Source: Chromera velia
Taxonomy: Eukaryota
Direction of reading: 5' to 3'
DNA length: 47,994 nucleotides
NCBI GenBank assembly: GCA_018398765.1
Contig: JAHBMJ010000417.1
Span: 1 to 47,994, forward strand
Part shown: piece by piece, positions 1-11,429 of the stretch
Position numbering within the stretch: position 1 is the stretch's first letter
Layout of the letters: the number at the start of each line of letters is the position of its first letter
Translations under genes and position numbers: made by a program
The notes under the pieces: generated by a model
Told to the model about the DNA's origin: nothing
The model's database searches: none
Seen by the model: the letters and a program-made list of their open reading frames with translations, nothing else

Positions 1-82
1 CCGTCATTTTGAACTCAATGCGCTCTCATACAATGACTCTTCATGAGTCGGATTACCTAATCATTTTTTCTTTGCTATATAT

Positions 83-102
83 CATGCATGCATGCATGCA
101 TG
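83..102. promoter_or_regulatory. (CATG)n / overlapping TGCATGCA palindromes upstream of gene 1; candidate ApiAP2-type element
   Basis: catgcatgcatgcatgcatg lies about 120 nt upstream of ATG 222, with another TGCATGCA at about 123-130. TGCATGCA is a known over-represented, ApiAP2-bound motif in apicomplexans; its function here is inferred. Confidence 0.35.
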
Positions 103-221
103 CAATAATTTTAAAGCTGTTCTGCATGCACGAACTTGCAAGCCCGAATATGAATGAATTGCATGGCTAGCTATTATATAAGAGCCGGCCCCGATCTGTC
201 GGGCAAATCGTTTCAGAAGAT

Positions 222-2171
222 ATGAGGTTCGAAACTCCGCCCACGTCCCTTCCACTGGCCGGGATGGTCTCAGGAAGGGAGACCGGAACAGCGAGCAGTG
301 GGCCGGCCTGGGCCTCCCTTCGTTCCCACCCACCTCCGCCAACGTCTGAACACCCGAGCAATCAACAGCCACAAGTCCCCCCCTACCCCACTCACTCCCC
401 AGGCCCGATCCGCCCTGGATCCGCCAATCGTCCTGACGTTCTGGCGCCTCCAGGAAGCACGGGGAGCATCTCGGGTAGACCCGAAGCGGCGCCGGGTCCT
501 CGACGGCTTCGGCTTTCTTCCGGGGGGAGTGGAAGCATGATGGGCCTCCCACACGCTAGTGGGAGTGTGGGGGGGAGGGGGTCGATGAGTTCTCCTCCAG
601 AGGCCCCTCTCATCGGTCGGCATCCGTCAGGAGCTTCCCCTCCCCAACTTCCCTCTCAACATCCTTCGGGAGAAGAGGAGGAGGAGATGCCTGAGTGGTT
701 TTCTCCCGTCGAGCAGGCCGCTCAGGCGCACTCCTTGGGATTTTCCGGTGGACCCTCGAACGCGAAACCCCAGGCTCCCGTTGGGGCCCTGATGCCCCTC
801 CAGAAGGATTCTTCCTCACTCCAACAACAACATCATCAGCAGCAGCCACAGAGAACGGGGGGCATGGCACCTGCAGTCGCAGCGCTGTTCGCCTCACAGG
901 GGGAACCCTCAAGGTGGAGCAACAATACATCCGCGATCCTCAGCTTTGGAGGTACCCCAACGCCCCCTCCAAGAAATGCCCCCCCGAGCTTTTCGCCTAC
1001 ATCTCTCCCACCTCCCAACCCACCCCCCGGCCCCGGAAGCGACTACGGTGCAAACGCGACGCAGCTGAAGGCCGACGCGCCTGTATTCATCCCCCGAACC
1101 AGCCCCAGCCCCTCACGTTCAACCTCCCCCCAGCAGCACTCGGCTCCTCCTCGAGGGGGGGGGCGTGGGGGGCGTTCCAATTCCAGGGAAGGTTCCTCGG
1201 GGGGTTCCGGTCTTCGTGGCCGTCCGACTTCGTCTGGAGGCGGTCGGAATGGTCGGACTTCGAGGGGCAGAGCGAGAGGAGTGCAGCAGGATCAGCAGCA
1301 GCAGCAGTCTCAGTCTGGGGGTGCGGGAGGGATGATGCACCTGCCAGACAGAGACAGAGATAGAGACAGAGAGAGTGCGGGTGGTGACCGTCCGGGAGCC
1401 TCAAGTTCGGGCAGCGGGCCCTGGATGCCTGTGAGAAGCAACGGACTCCGAGGCAGCCATCTGCCCCCGCACAGAATGCAAAGCAATTCAGGAGGGTCAG
1501 GCCCACCCCCCAATGGAAGCCATCCAGAGCCCTTTACTTGGGGGAAAGTAGGGGGGGGGCGTGGCGTTGATGAGGGGGGCTCAGGTTTTAATGGCAGCAG
1601 GAACAGAAGGCCTCAAGAGACGGAGACGGGAGAGTCCTCTCGCAAGAAGCCGAAAACACTGTCAGGAGGGGCAACGGCAGAGGATGAGACTGGAGGGAGA
1701 CAGCTTGGAGAGCCAGCATCTCAGTCTGAGAGTGTCCAGCCTTCTCCTGCTCCTGCAGCCTCTTCCCCTTTTAAAAAAGGTCAGAACAATATGCCGTCAA
1801 GTTTTGCCTCCGAACCGTCCGAAAGCTGCATGGTCGATCGTGTTGGCGTTTGTGCAAGTCTTGGGTGAGTGTGTGGAAGTGGTTGGGTGAATTGGGTGAG
1901 TGTGTGGCTGCAGGCTGGCTGTGAGAGCGTTCAGTCTGAGGTGGTCGGTTGCATCTTTTTGAATTCATATCTTGACAATGTATGCTTGACCCGTGCCCGA
2001 TCCCCGCAGCCCAACTTTTGGCTTTAATTCCTGTTTTCTTTGCCTGTCTCTGTCTGTGTCAACCGCTTGCAGAGATTCCGAATCTAGAGCACCTAGCATC
2101 AAGACGGGAGGAGCGTGCGGGAGAGGTCGGTAGCTCTCCTCTTGCTCCTTCCTCTTTTTCTTCTTTTTCTC

Positions 2172-2202
<31 letters not shown>

Positions 2203-2663
2203 CTGTTCTTCTGCTTCTGCTTCTGTTTCTGCTTTTGCTTCTTCCTCCTCCTCCTCCTCCTCTTCCTCTTCTTCTTCGCGCCTAAAAAAAGTTGTATATC
2301 CAGTGAAACTCATTCCTTTGGTGAAGAGGGAGCTGGTCGTTTTCGTGAAAAATGGGTATGACAGTGAGATGGAAAGGGAAGAATGTTTAGCTTCAGAGGA
2401 TGCATGTGCCGTGAAAGGATGTTGGAAAAAAAAGAGAAAGACAAATGCACAATATTGCAAGACATGCCGTGATAAAATCACAAACCTTCAGAACAGGGAT
2501 TATATGAGGAGGTCCCGACAAACAAAAAAAAGACAGAAGGAAGCAAAAAAAAGAGAGGAGGAAGCTAGGGAGGAAGACTCTGAGATGCACCCTCTGGTTG
2601 TTGATGAGGAGTCAGATCACTCAGACTCTGGGTGCTCTTACTCCGATTCAGAGATGGAGAAAG
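222..2663 (+). CDS. Hypothetical low-complexity (P/G/S/Q-rich) protein with a C-terminal Cys4 + basic module; exons 222-1779 and 2073-2663, possible short last exon 2952-2959
   Basis: 548-codon ORF. Donor GTCAGA at 1780 and acceptor TTGCAG ending 2072 join in phase (KK-E-IPNLEH). Donor GTGAGT at 2664. Exon 2 contains CAVKGC-x11-CKTC followed by RDKITNLQNRDYMRRSRQTKKRQKE. Confidence 0.65.
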
Positions 2664-3059
2664 GTGAGTGTCCGTGAGCATGTTGGAGTCTTTTGGCATA
2701 AAATGCCAAATGGCTTTGCTGCTCCCAAAAAGCGTCTGTCTATGTCCGTCTATGTCCGTTGCTTGCGTGCAGTCCATCGGTGCGGAAATGAAATTGTGCA
2801 AATTTTTTTGTCACGAAGGTTTTCTGTTGCAAACTTCTCTATTGGTGTCTGACATCAAGAAGTGAGTTCTCTTTTGCATGGTGCAATTAAAAAAAAAAAG
2901 AAGAGGCAATACGTTAAAACTTCCATGCAGTTGCAAAAAGATTTTCTGCAGTTATATAAACTGGTACGTGCTTCTATATGCATTGTCAAGATCATCCTCA
3001 TTTTCATCCTCACCCTCATCTTCATCATCCGAGTCATAAGTCAATATAGTAGTTATTTT

Positions 3060-4600
3060 CATTATATATGTACCATTAATATCAATTTCTAATTTCTAGT
3101 GATTCATGAAAAATCGGCTTCTAGCTTAATGTCTATCAAAAATAATTGAAAAATTAGGAATTTAGATTGAAATGACGACGAAATCTAAAATAATTTAGAT
3201 TTAATATGTTTAAATCTATAGCTATACTTAAATCAGTTTAAATCCAGGTTCAACTTACGTTCAAGTTTAAATCCGGGCTTAAATGATGGTATGGAAGTTA
3301 GTGTAAACCTAGCAATTAAGTCGGAATCGGTCAGAATCCTGGCTAGAATTATTTAATATATTTAGTATAAATTGTCTAGCTATATAGACTATAGGCTATA
3401 GCCTATAGTACTATCTACGACGATTCTACGCATATATGAAGAGAGAGAAGCAAAAGAAAACAGAGAAGAGAGCGGTAAAAAAAGATTAGAAGGTATGTAC
3501 TAAGGAGATTTTTACTGTAAGACTGGGGGATATGTATAAGAGGTCGTTTCTTTCAGAGAGAGGTCTTCAACTTCCGTATCTATGTATAATCAGAATTTAT
3601 AAAATATAGTCTATATACGAAACGTGTCTCTGTCAAAAAAGAAATGTAGAAGCCAGGGAGGGCAGCTGAGAAGGTGAGCTCGGTGCAAGGATATCATGCA
3701 ATTAAAAAAAAATTCTGGTAAAGTACCGGCAAAGGCGGGGCTAGCAGGGCGTTATAAAGTGGCTTGGCATGAATGACAAAGTCCAGACACACAACGACAT
3801 ACAACCTTCCATACATGAATTAGCGTCACATGTATAAACATGTTATATCTAGCTAAGATTGAAGACTTGAAGGGTTTGAAACTGTACATCATGAGTTAAA
3901 TAATTAAAAATATTGAAAGTTGTTATGAGTGTGTTGTGAAAATTAAACTGCTTCGTGTGTTGTTGTCAAACGCTAGACGCCTAAAAATAGGCTGATGACG
4001 ACCTAGAGAAGCCAACAGCTCACCGTAGCTACTGTTCAATCATATAGATAAAGTAAATTTAAAGAAAGATGGATAAAGGTATTCTCATGCATAGTTTGTA
4101 CTGCAATCCACTTCGTTGAAGTACATTGAAGCTAAAGGTGGTAAACAAATTAAAGATGACTAAGATTATGATGTTCTATTGACTGCATGCTAGACTGTAT
4201 GTGAGCATAATTAATTCTGCATGCATACCGTATAGTTCGCTCGTTGTCGTATCCATTTCAAATGTGATCTTGATATAACTGTTCCTCATAGTTGGTTCAA
4301 AGTGACAATAGCATTTCAATAATGCTACGTGCTCCCCAGTTCCCTCCGGAATAACGTCTATGCCCAGCCATCTCTGTCACTTTATCATTCAAATTGTTTG
4401 AGACAGTTAATTTCTGAGTATTTCTGAGTCAAATGCAAGAGTGAGTTGCAAGAGTATGACAACTTCTAATACAATTCAGTTTTTATTTCTGATTTGAAGG
4501 TATTTGAGGGTATCAGAAAAGATTGGTCACATTGTCTCCTAAGTACTCGTAAGATTCAAACCGACTCAAACTTTGGAGTGCAGCAGCGCAGAAAGCGAAA
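3060..4600. mobile_element. AT-rich degenerate repeat/TE relic block
   Basis: Abrupt drop in GC, dense CTAG/TA, short AAATC-type motif repeats (3180-3290), and a protein-like but stop-riddled + frame at about 3849-4193 (LAKIEDLKGLKLYIMS*IIKNIESCYECVVKIKLLRV...). No family recognised. Confidence 0.4.
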
Positions 4601-5082
4601 TGGTTCAAGGTGATCCCCCGGCATGCTTAATTCTTTTTGTATGAGTGCCCCACGTGCAGTGCATGCACCCTTCTGGGCCTCGGGCCCCGGCATATACCCC
4701 TGCATTGAATGAAAAGTCGCAGAATTAAAATAGTATCCTATTGCATCCTATTGCCTGATGCGTATTCCTTTTCTGAGTCTGATCCGTCGTCGATCAGAAA
4801 CACACTTTGTGTGTTCTGCTGCGACCATCTCGCGATCGTGCGCTGTGAGTGGCCTACCGCGTGACACACCTGACACAGGCTGACAGCCCAATTTCTGTGT
4901 TGCTCGTGAGTGCAAGAAGAGAAGGAATCCAGGTGGACTTCTGACAGAGGAGTAGGTGGAGGGTCGATCCATCCTCTTTCTCCAGCTGTTCTTCTTGTCC
5001 TTTTGCGTCATTCCAAAAAGAAGTAAAAAAAACCAGCTATTTGCATTTTTGAGAAAGCAGTCACTTGAAGAAGGAAAACAAG

Positions 5083-8000
5083 ATGGCAGACCTCGACACT
5101 CAGCAGTTTGTTGATCGGATGTCCAAACTTCTGGAGGCCTGGGAGGCGGGGTTCGAGACCGAGGGCTCCCCCTGGCACCAGGTAGACGTCTTCGCTCTGG
5201 TACACGGGAAGTCATCAGAGGTGATGGCATGCCCGAAGACCGCAGCTGCACAGTCAGTTGTCCGCTCTGTGCGTGACAGCCGAGGTCTTCGAGTTTCCCC
5301 GCTCTGTCTGTCTTCGGGGAGAGGGATTCTCTTCCCGCCTTTTTCTCTTCTGAACTTGGTGCGGTTGTGTCACGGTTTTCCTCCAACGTCATTGCAATGG
5401 ATGCAGGTCCTGGCTGACTGGATGGGAGCTTCCCGACACGGTCACTCTGTTCGGAAGAGACGGAAATATCCTCTTCGTCACAGGTCCAAAGAACAGTCAG
5501 TCTGCCCGTCTGTCGCCCATTTTTTCCCTCTTTCCTGCGGTGCAACTCCAAGGAAGGGTGTGCCGATGTGGGGGGGGGCTTTTTTTGTTGCGTCTTCTTA
5601 AAAGAGGACCCGGTTCTTTGCTTCCACTTGCTGGTAGCGCAAGCAGGCAGTCTCACGGCTTCCATACCGCTTTGCTGCTGCCTTTGTGAACGAACTATAC
5701 CTGCTGTCTCCGAACGTGTCTCCTTGTCGGGGTTTGTTTGCGGGTGTTGATGTGAGGGTGAGTGTGTATGGGTGTGGGTGTAGGCGTGTTTGTGTGGGCA
5801 CCTGGTGCTGCAAGCATGTGTACTCACGTGATCGATCGAGAAGTCTTCCTTTTTTCCTGCTCCTTCGACTTCACGGTCTCTGAAAAAACGTAAGTATGTG
5901 AACCCCCCGGGGATTTCTATCTGCCTGCCTGTCTGGCTGTCCGGAAGACGGGAAAAGAAAGAAACGCATGGTCATTCTTTCCGTCTGTCTGTCTGTCTGT
6001 GTGTCTGCATGCATGCAGTCACTGCTTTGACCCCCGTGAAGGAATCGTGGGAGGCCAGCAAGGAGGGCAGGACGATGGAACTTGTGCCCAAACCCGCAAG
6101 GCAGGGGGAGAGCAAGAAAGCTTTCAGCAGTTTCTTCGAAAGCGAAGACGTCAGTCAGATCACATCAGACCGCTGCGTCCATCCAAGCAGAAGGAATGGA
6201 ATGAATGCAGCAGGTTGCTCTGCCTGCCTGACTCACAGCCCTGTGAACAGAAAAGGTGCTCTTCGTGACTCACAGCGGATAGGAGGAGCGGAGGAAAGAA
6301 GAAAGAGAACGAATTTTGGTTCCTGCCCCCTGTCTTGCTTGCTCGTTTTTTTTCGCTTCTTCCTTCTGTCAATCCCTTTTTTCCTCCCTCCCTCCCTCCC
6401 TCCCTCCCTCCCCCCCTCCCTCCCTCCGCCTTCTCTTCAAACCAACCAACAGCTAGTCTGGGCGCCCCTCTCTCTCCCCTCCTCTTCACTGCCCCTCCTC
6501 TTTCTCATCCCCCTTCCCTTCCTCGCAGACCATCCTCGGCGTGATCCCCGCCAAGGCGCGGCCTGAAGGTCTGTCGGTCAGTCGGTCGGTTGCTCGACGT
6601 TATGCGATTGGCAAAGCAAAACGGAAGTTGTGCGATCAAATCAGAGATGAAGTCTCCCGCTAGTCTGTAAGCAGGAATGTACGTGGGTCTGATGAATGCA
6701 TGTTCCCTCCCTCCCTCTGACTCTCTCTCTTTGTGATGCTGCATGCATGCAGGAGAGTTGGCAATCACCTTCCAGGCCTGGCGAGAGGAACGAAAGGAGG
6801 GAACGGAACGGTGGGTGTCCGCGGGGATCTCCAGTCTCTTTGCGACTAGAGCGGAGGGGGAGGAGGCCAACGTCGATTTCAAGTTGCTGGGATTTCCAGG
6901 TAAGCAGAAAAAACATACAGGCCTGGCTGGTTCTAGCTTGTTCCCCCCTCACAGTCTGGTCACTTTGTCAACAATCTCATGCAACCAGGCTTCATGAATG
7001 CGGGCAGACGATCGATTTTTTGCCTGCATGTCTGCCTGCCTGCAGCCTTTCCCGTGCTGGTGACAAGAAGATGGACCATATCTGTGTACAGTGCCTTCGC
7101 GGCCGAAGTCAGCACTCTCGGCCTCTATGTTCAAGTTGAGGGGCTACACGTTCGGCGGGAGGAGAGCGAGGCACAGAGACGAAACGTGGTGACATTCTTT
7201 GTAGATGGATTTCCAGAAGGCGGGGGGGGAGAGGCGAGAGACGAAGTTGAGAAAGCAGTGCAGAGAGTCACGAGCTCTCCTTCAAGTTGGGTCCCGGAAC
7301 GGGTTCTTTCGTGTGGACCTCTCAGCTTCTCGCAAGTGGAGGTGAAGTTGCCACAGAATTGCAGCCAGGCCTCCCAGAAGATCCGGGTGACTCTTCATAT
7401 GCTCCTCTCTGATGGTCCGTGCGTGCGTAGGCTCCTTACAACGTGTTTGTTTGTCCTCTCGTTCGTTTAATCAAATGGACCGGCCTCTGCCGTTGCTTGA
7501 AAAATTGTTGGTGCGCGATCTTGCCTAATTCGAATATCTTTACTTCCTTCCTTGCCTCTCACTCTTCCTGTCTTGACCGACCATCGCCTTTCTCTTTCCT
7601 GTCTTTCTGATTCCCTTTTTGCTGTCTCAACCTGGCTTTCTGTCTTCCTTCGCATTGCCTGTCCGTCTCCGCTCTGATGATGATTTCTGCACGCACTGAT
7701 GGCATGGATGGATCAGTGGCCGACAGTCCTGCACGGATCTGGCTGGAGCATTTCGCCCTCTCACTTTCTTTCTGCAAGCCCTTTCAGCACAATCTTGCAT
7801 GACAATGGAACTGTGCGACCGTGAGAGAGTGGCATCCCGTGCACTTCAGAGGAAGTTTGAGTTGCAGTTCTGAAATATTCCTGTTCTGAATGCGCGGCAA
7901 TTCAAGTCACCGGTTCTGTCTCTTTTGAAAATAATGTGCCCGACAGATAGAAGCCCTTTTGCCACTTCATTCGTCCATTCGTGCTTGTTGATTCGTTCAT

Positions 8001-8756
8001 GCATGCAGACCAGTGGGAGGCCATGCTGAGCCCCCCTCAGTTTGCGGAGATGTGCCGGGTTCGTCTGTGCCGACTCCTGCGCCACTTCTCTTTTCGTTCT
8101 GGGAACCGGTGGCGGGATCCGTTCAGCGAGGAATCGGGGGGCGGGTTTGAGGTCTCTGTCTCCGAAGGCCGGTGCATTCCGAATCCCCCTCTCGTTGGTG
8201 GAAATGGAGAAGGAGGTTGGGAGCAGCAAGAGGCCTCTCCTTCCTCAAGTGCAGCGCCAAAGAAAAGGAAGGAGAGCGAGGAGACGACGACGTCTGTACT
8301 CTTCAGATTGACGGTTGTGTGTCCTTCTCAGCAGCCGCACGGGATGGGCGTCACAGATGGGGGGCAGTGGGAGAGGCGTGTGGGGGGATGGGTAAACGAG
8401 CTCCTGGACTTTCTGCTTATGAAGACGCTACGTTGGACTGAGCTCCCTCCCGGGGTAGTCGAACAGTCAGAGGAGATGAGCGGGGTGGGGGACGATTTCC
8501 GTGCCCTGTGGGGGTGGAAGGTGTGGGGAAAGTTTAAGCCGCGCTCTCATGCGTCCGCGTACCCGACCCGCTCTGAGGTGGGTATAATTGCAGAGTCGTC
8601 ACAACCGACTGATCCCTCAGCTGCAGCCCTCCTCATTCAGAACGCGCTTGCCGGTCAGTCAACCGATCCGGCTACCGGTTTTTGCATTTTCACTTCATCT
8701 TCCTGCCTCTCTCTCCTTTCTCTCTCTCTCTTTCTCTCTCTGTCTGTGTGTGTGTG

Positions 8757-8787
<31 letters not shown>

Positions 8788-8788
8788 N

Positions 8789-8819
<31 letters not shown>

Positions 8820-8938
8820 TGTCTCTCTCTCTCTCTCTTTCTCTCTGTGTGTGTGTGTGTAGAGGTGTGTGTGGACCGAGGTGTGTGTTTGTGTGGAGGT
8901 GTGAGTGTGTGTGTGTGTGGAAGTGTATGTGTGTGGGT

Positions 8939-8979
<41 letters not shown>

Positions 8980-9729
8980 TGCAATCTGATGCGTGTCCTT
9001 TAGCATTGCACATTCTGGAATTACTGTTGCTCGGTTCTGGCATACTCTTATGTATACTCATTGCGGAAAAAGCAGCCGATCGAGTTGCCTCAAAGTTTGC
9101 ACTTGTCAATGAGGTGAGGCTGTGTTTGTCGCGTGCCTGCCTAGCTCCTACCTGCAGGTGCTCTTGAAAGACACAGAAAGCGTCTTGCAAAGGGCTCTAC
9201 CGCCTCTGAGCGAATTCGAAATGCAAAACGTCAGAAGGCTTTCTGCGGAGGATGCAGCGAGGAAGGGAAGGGGGACGGGGGGTCTAAAGAGCCTGACCAA
9301 GGGGGCCTCTTCCTCTCTCAGTCTGCATGGGTGGAGAACACAGGGGAAGACGCGGAGGGAGAAGTCCCCGGCGGGGGGGAGTTGCATGACCATGTCATTG
9401 AAGCACCGGGTGAGGGTGGTGAGGGGGAGGAGGACAGGAGTGAGTGGCGGAAAGACCAAGGAGACGGAGAGAACGAGGACGCCCCCCATCTGAAATTGGC
9501 AAAGGTAGAGGGAGAGGGAGCTGCCCTGCATGGGGCAGACGCGTTTGGGCCTGCTTTGCCCGAATCCGCCCCGACGCGTGAACAGATGGAGCCTTTCAGA
9601 TACGGCAACTCGTTTCTGGTTCCACCTTTTCTCGCACCTTTTCAGGGGGCCGCCCGGTTCAGTGCAGCGGGACAGCCGTGGACTTTGTGGGGTCTGCGGC
9701 CACCCCCCAACGGCAGCAACTACCAGTGA
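5083..9729 (+). CDS. About 720-aa protein: FACT SPT16 N-terminal-lobe-like domain fused to an unrecognised C-terminal region; exons 5083-5252, 5407-5495, 6019-6149, 6529-6568, 6753-6899, 7046-7414, 8009-8653, 9158-9729
   Basis: All 7 introns are GT-AG and phase-consistent (2163 nt total). The spliced N-terminus MADLDTQQFVDRMSKLLEAW...VDVFALVHGKSSEVMACPKTAAAQSWLTGWELPDTVTLFGRDGNILFVTGPKN parallels the SPT16 pattern (LD...F..R...L...W...D.I.V..G...Y.KS.ALQ.WL.GYEL.DT...F). No later SPT16 domains are recognisable. Confidence 0.7.
8706..8978. repeat. Compound intronic microsatellite (CT)n/(GTCT)n/(GT)n/(GA)n
   Basis: Directly visible; contains the only N (8788). Confidence 0.95.
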
Positions 9730-10286
9730 CGTACCTGGTGACCTTTATGACCCGGCCGGCGGATAGTGACAATGCAGGTTTGATGATGAGGTTTCATTTG
9801 ATTTGATTTGAGGCCTTCATTTAAGGTACAATGTAGATTCGATTATGTGGGGATTGAAAATGGAGGAGCAGCTGAGCTACGTAGTAGTAGCAGCAATTGG
9901 TTGGGCGGAGCCACAGAGGGAATGCCGGAGATGCGTGCCACAATGTCCGAATCCCCCGCGAAGCCTCTCAAGAGCCCACCCGCTCCCTCCACTTGCGCAC
10001 TGACAGAGAGCGACGGCCTGCACCACACAGAGGATACCGGAGTCCTTCGATCGGGCTCAACCTGCAGTTTCTGGAAACGCACACACGCACACACTGAGGG
10101 AATTTCGCGGTGGGTGTAGGGCCGGAGTGCAATCGGGACAGCCTGCACCAGAAATGCTGTCACGAGAATTTCAAAACCGTTCTTGCCTGTGTCATCTTCC
10201 TTCGGGAGAGAGGACGTACTGCCCTAGCAGTGTGTCAAGCTGCGCATCGAAACAGCCGAACGCTAGACTCGGACACTGTTATTTTT

Positions 10287-10900
10287 TTGATTGATTGATT
10301 GATTGATTGATGCCAAACCCTAGGTGGAGTTAGAACTCCCGGGCGGTGCATACATGCATGGGTCTGTTCAATTATGCCAGCTGCAAGCTAAGTGGACGAC
10401 AGTTATTCGAACTTAATGTAATCAATCATTTACTACAATATGACGAGAAATCATAAAGAGGAGAGAGGGTAGAGCGCAAGAGCGATGTGATGAACTTGCG
10501 AACCCCCAGATCAGAAAAAGAGGCGGATGTAAAGGGTGAGTCACAACGAGTGAAGCGGTCTGATTGAATTAATGCCAACCACTGTAAAAAGCCTTGTTCA
10601 GCAGTCCATCGGGGGCAGACAGAGAGCCGATGAATAAAATCATCTACACACCGGCAGCAGGCTTCATAGGTGCACAGCTTTCTATCAGAGCAACCAACAG
10701 GCAGCCCACCTTGCCCGCTCATCGGGTTGTATGTCAGTATGCATAAAAAAGAAAAGATCGAGCCATCCGTAACCGACAGGGCAGAACGGGGAAGGGCAGA
10801 GACGGAAAATTATATTCCACCAACTAGGGTGAATGCATACAGGTGAACAGGGGTAGAGAAGTAGCACTGGCTAGCGATTGGAAGGAGAAGATCTTATAAG
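10287..10900 (-). mobile_element. 5'-truncated non-LTR retrotransposon (LINE) 3' fragment with (TCAA)6 tail
   Basis: Minus ORF 10426-10722 has RKLCTYEACCRCVDDFIHRLSVCPRW, a C-terminal CCHC knuckle typical of LINE ORF2. It is followed by a short 3'UTR and (TTGA)6 at 10287-10310 on the plus strand. The 5' boundary is approximate. Confidence 0.6.
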
Positions 10901-11429
10901 AATGAACAGACGGAGACAGAAATGAATGAATGAACGGAACGAAGCAATCTAGCTAAGAAGCAATTAGGTTTCAACTGAGACATAGAATGGATCAAGAATG
11001 ATTCAAACATATGATAGAACATGTGACACGAAAGATTCAAATCTAGATTCAGATATATTCACAAATAATTCAGAAATGATTTATATGAATGATTCTAAAT
11101 GATTCAATTAAGTAGATTCAAGTTCAAGAATGTTTCAGAAGTGATCTACAAAATGATTCATGAAAGATCTAGCGAAAGATTCAGAAATTATCAACTTGAT
11201 TTTAAGTTTCAGATTGTTAGTGTTAGATCAAAGTTTCATCCAATTTATAAAAGTTAATTATAGAGTTAATTTTGCACGCTATTTTGCACGTTTTAGATCT
11301 GGTTTTAGATTTATAATTAGATCGATCGATCATTATAATGATTGATATTTAGATTTGAGGAGGTTAGCCGGAGTATATAGACAGGGGGGAAAAAACTAAT
11401 CTAATTAATATACAATCAATACCTATAAA

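Noticed and set aside
3500..3690. Minus-strand FYISFLTET resembling the LINE APE-endonuclease motif
   Set aside because: The match is too short and degenerate, and no other APE motifs are recoverable.
4748..5827. 359-aa minus-strand ORF
   Set aside because: It is the antisense shadow of the SPT16-like exons and introns, has no motif, and is partly microsatellite-derived.
8588..9190. ORFs with CVCV/THTH/ERER/LSLS runs (also near 14.1, 24.6, 32.3, 36.9, 40.8 and 44.9 kb)
   Set aside because: They are translations of intronic di- and tetranucleotide microsatellites.
9808..10163. Overlapping ~105-aa ORFs on both strands downstream of the SPT16-like gene
   Set aside because: No recognisable motif or supportable exon chain; could be UTR or an orphan exon.
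10315..10321. AAACCCT telomere-like heptamer
   Set aside because: Single copy next to a LINE tail, with no array.
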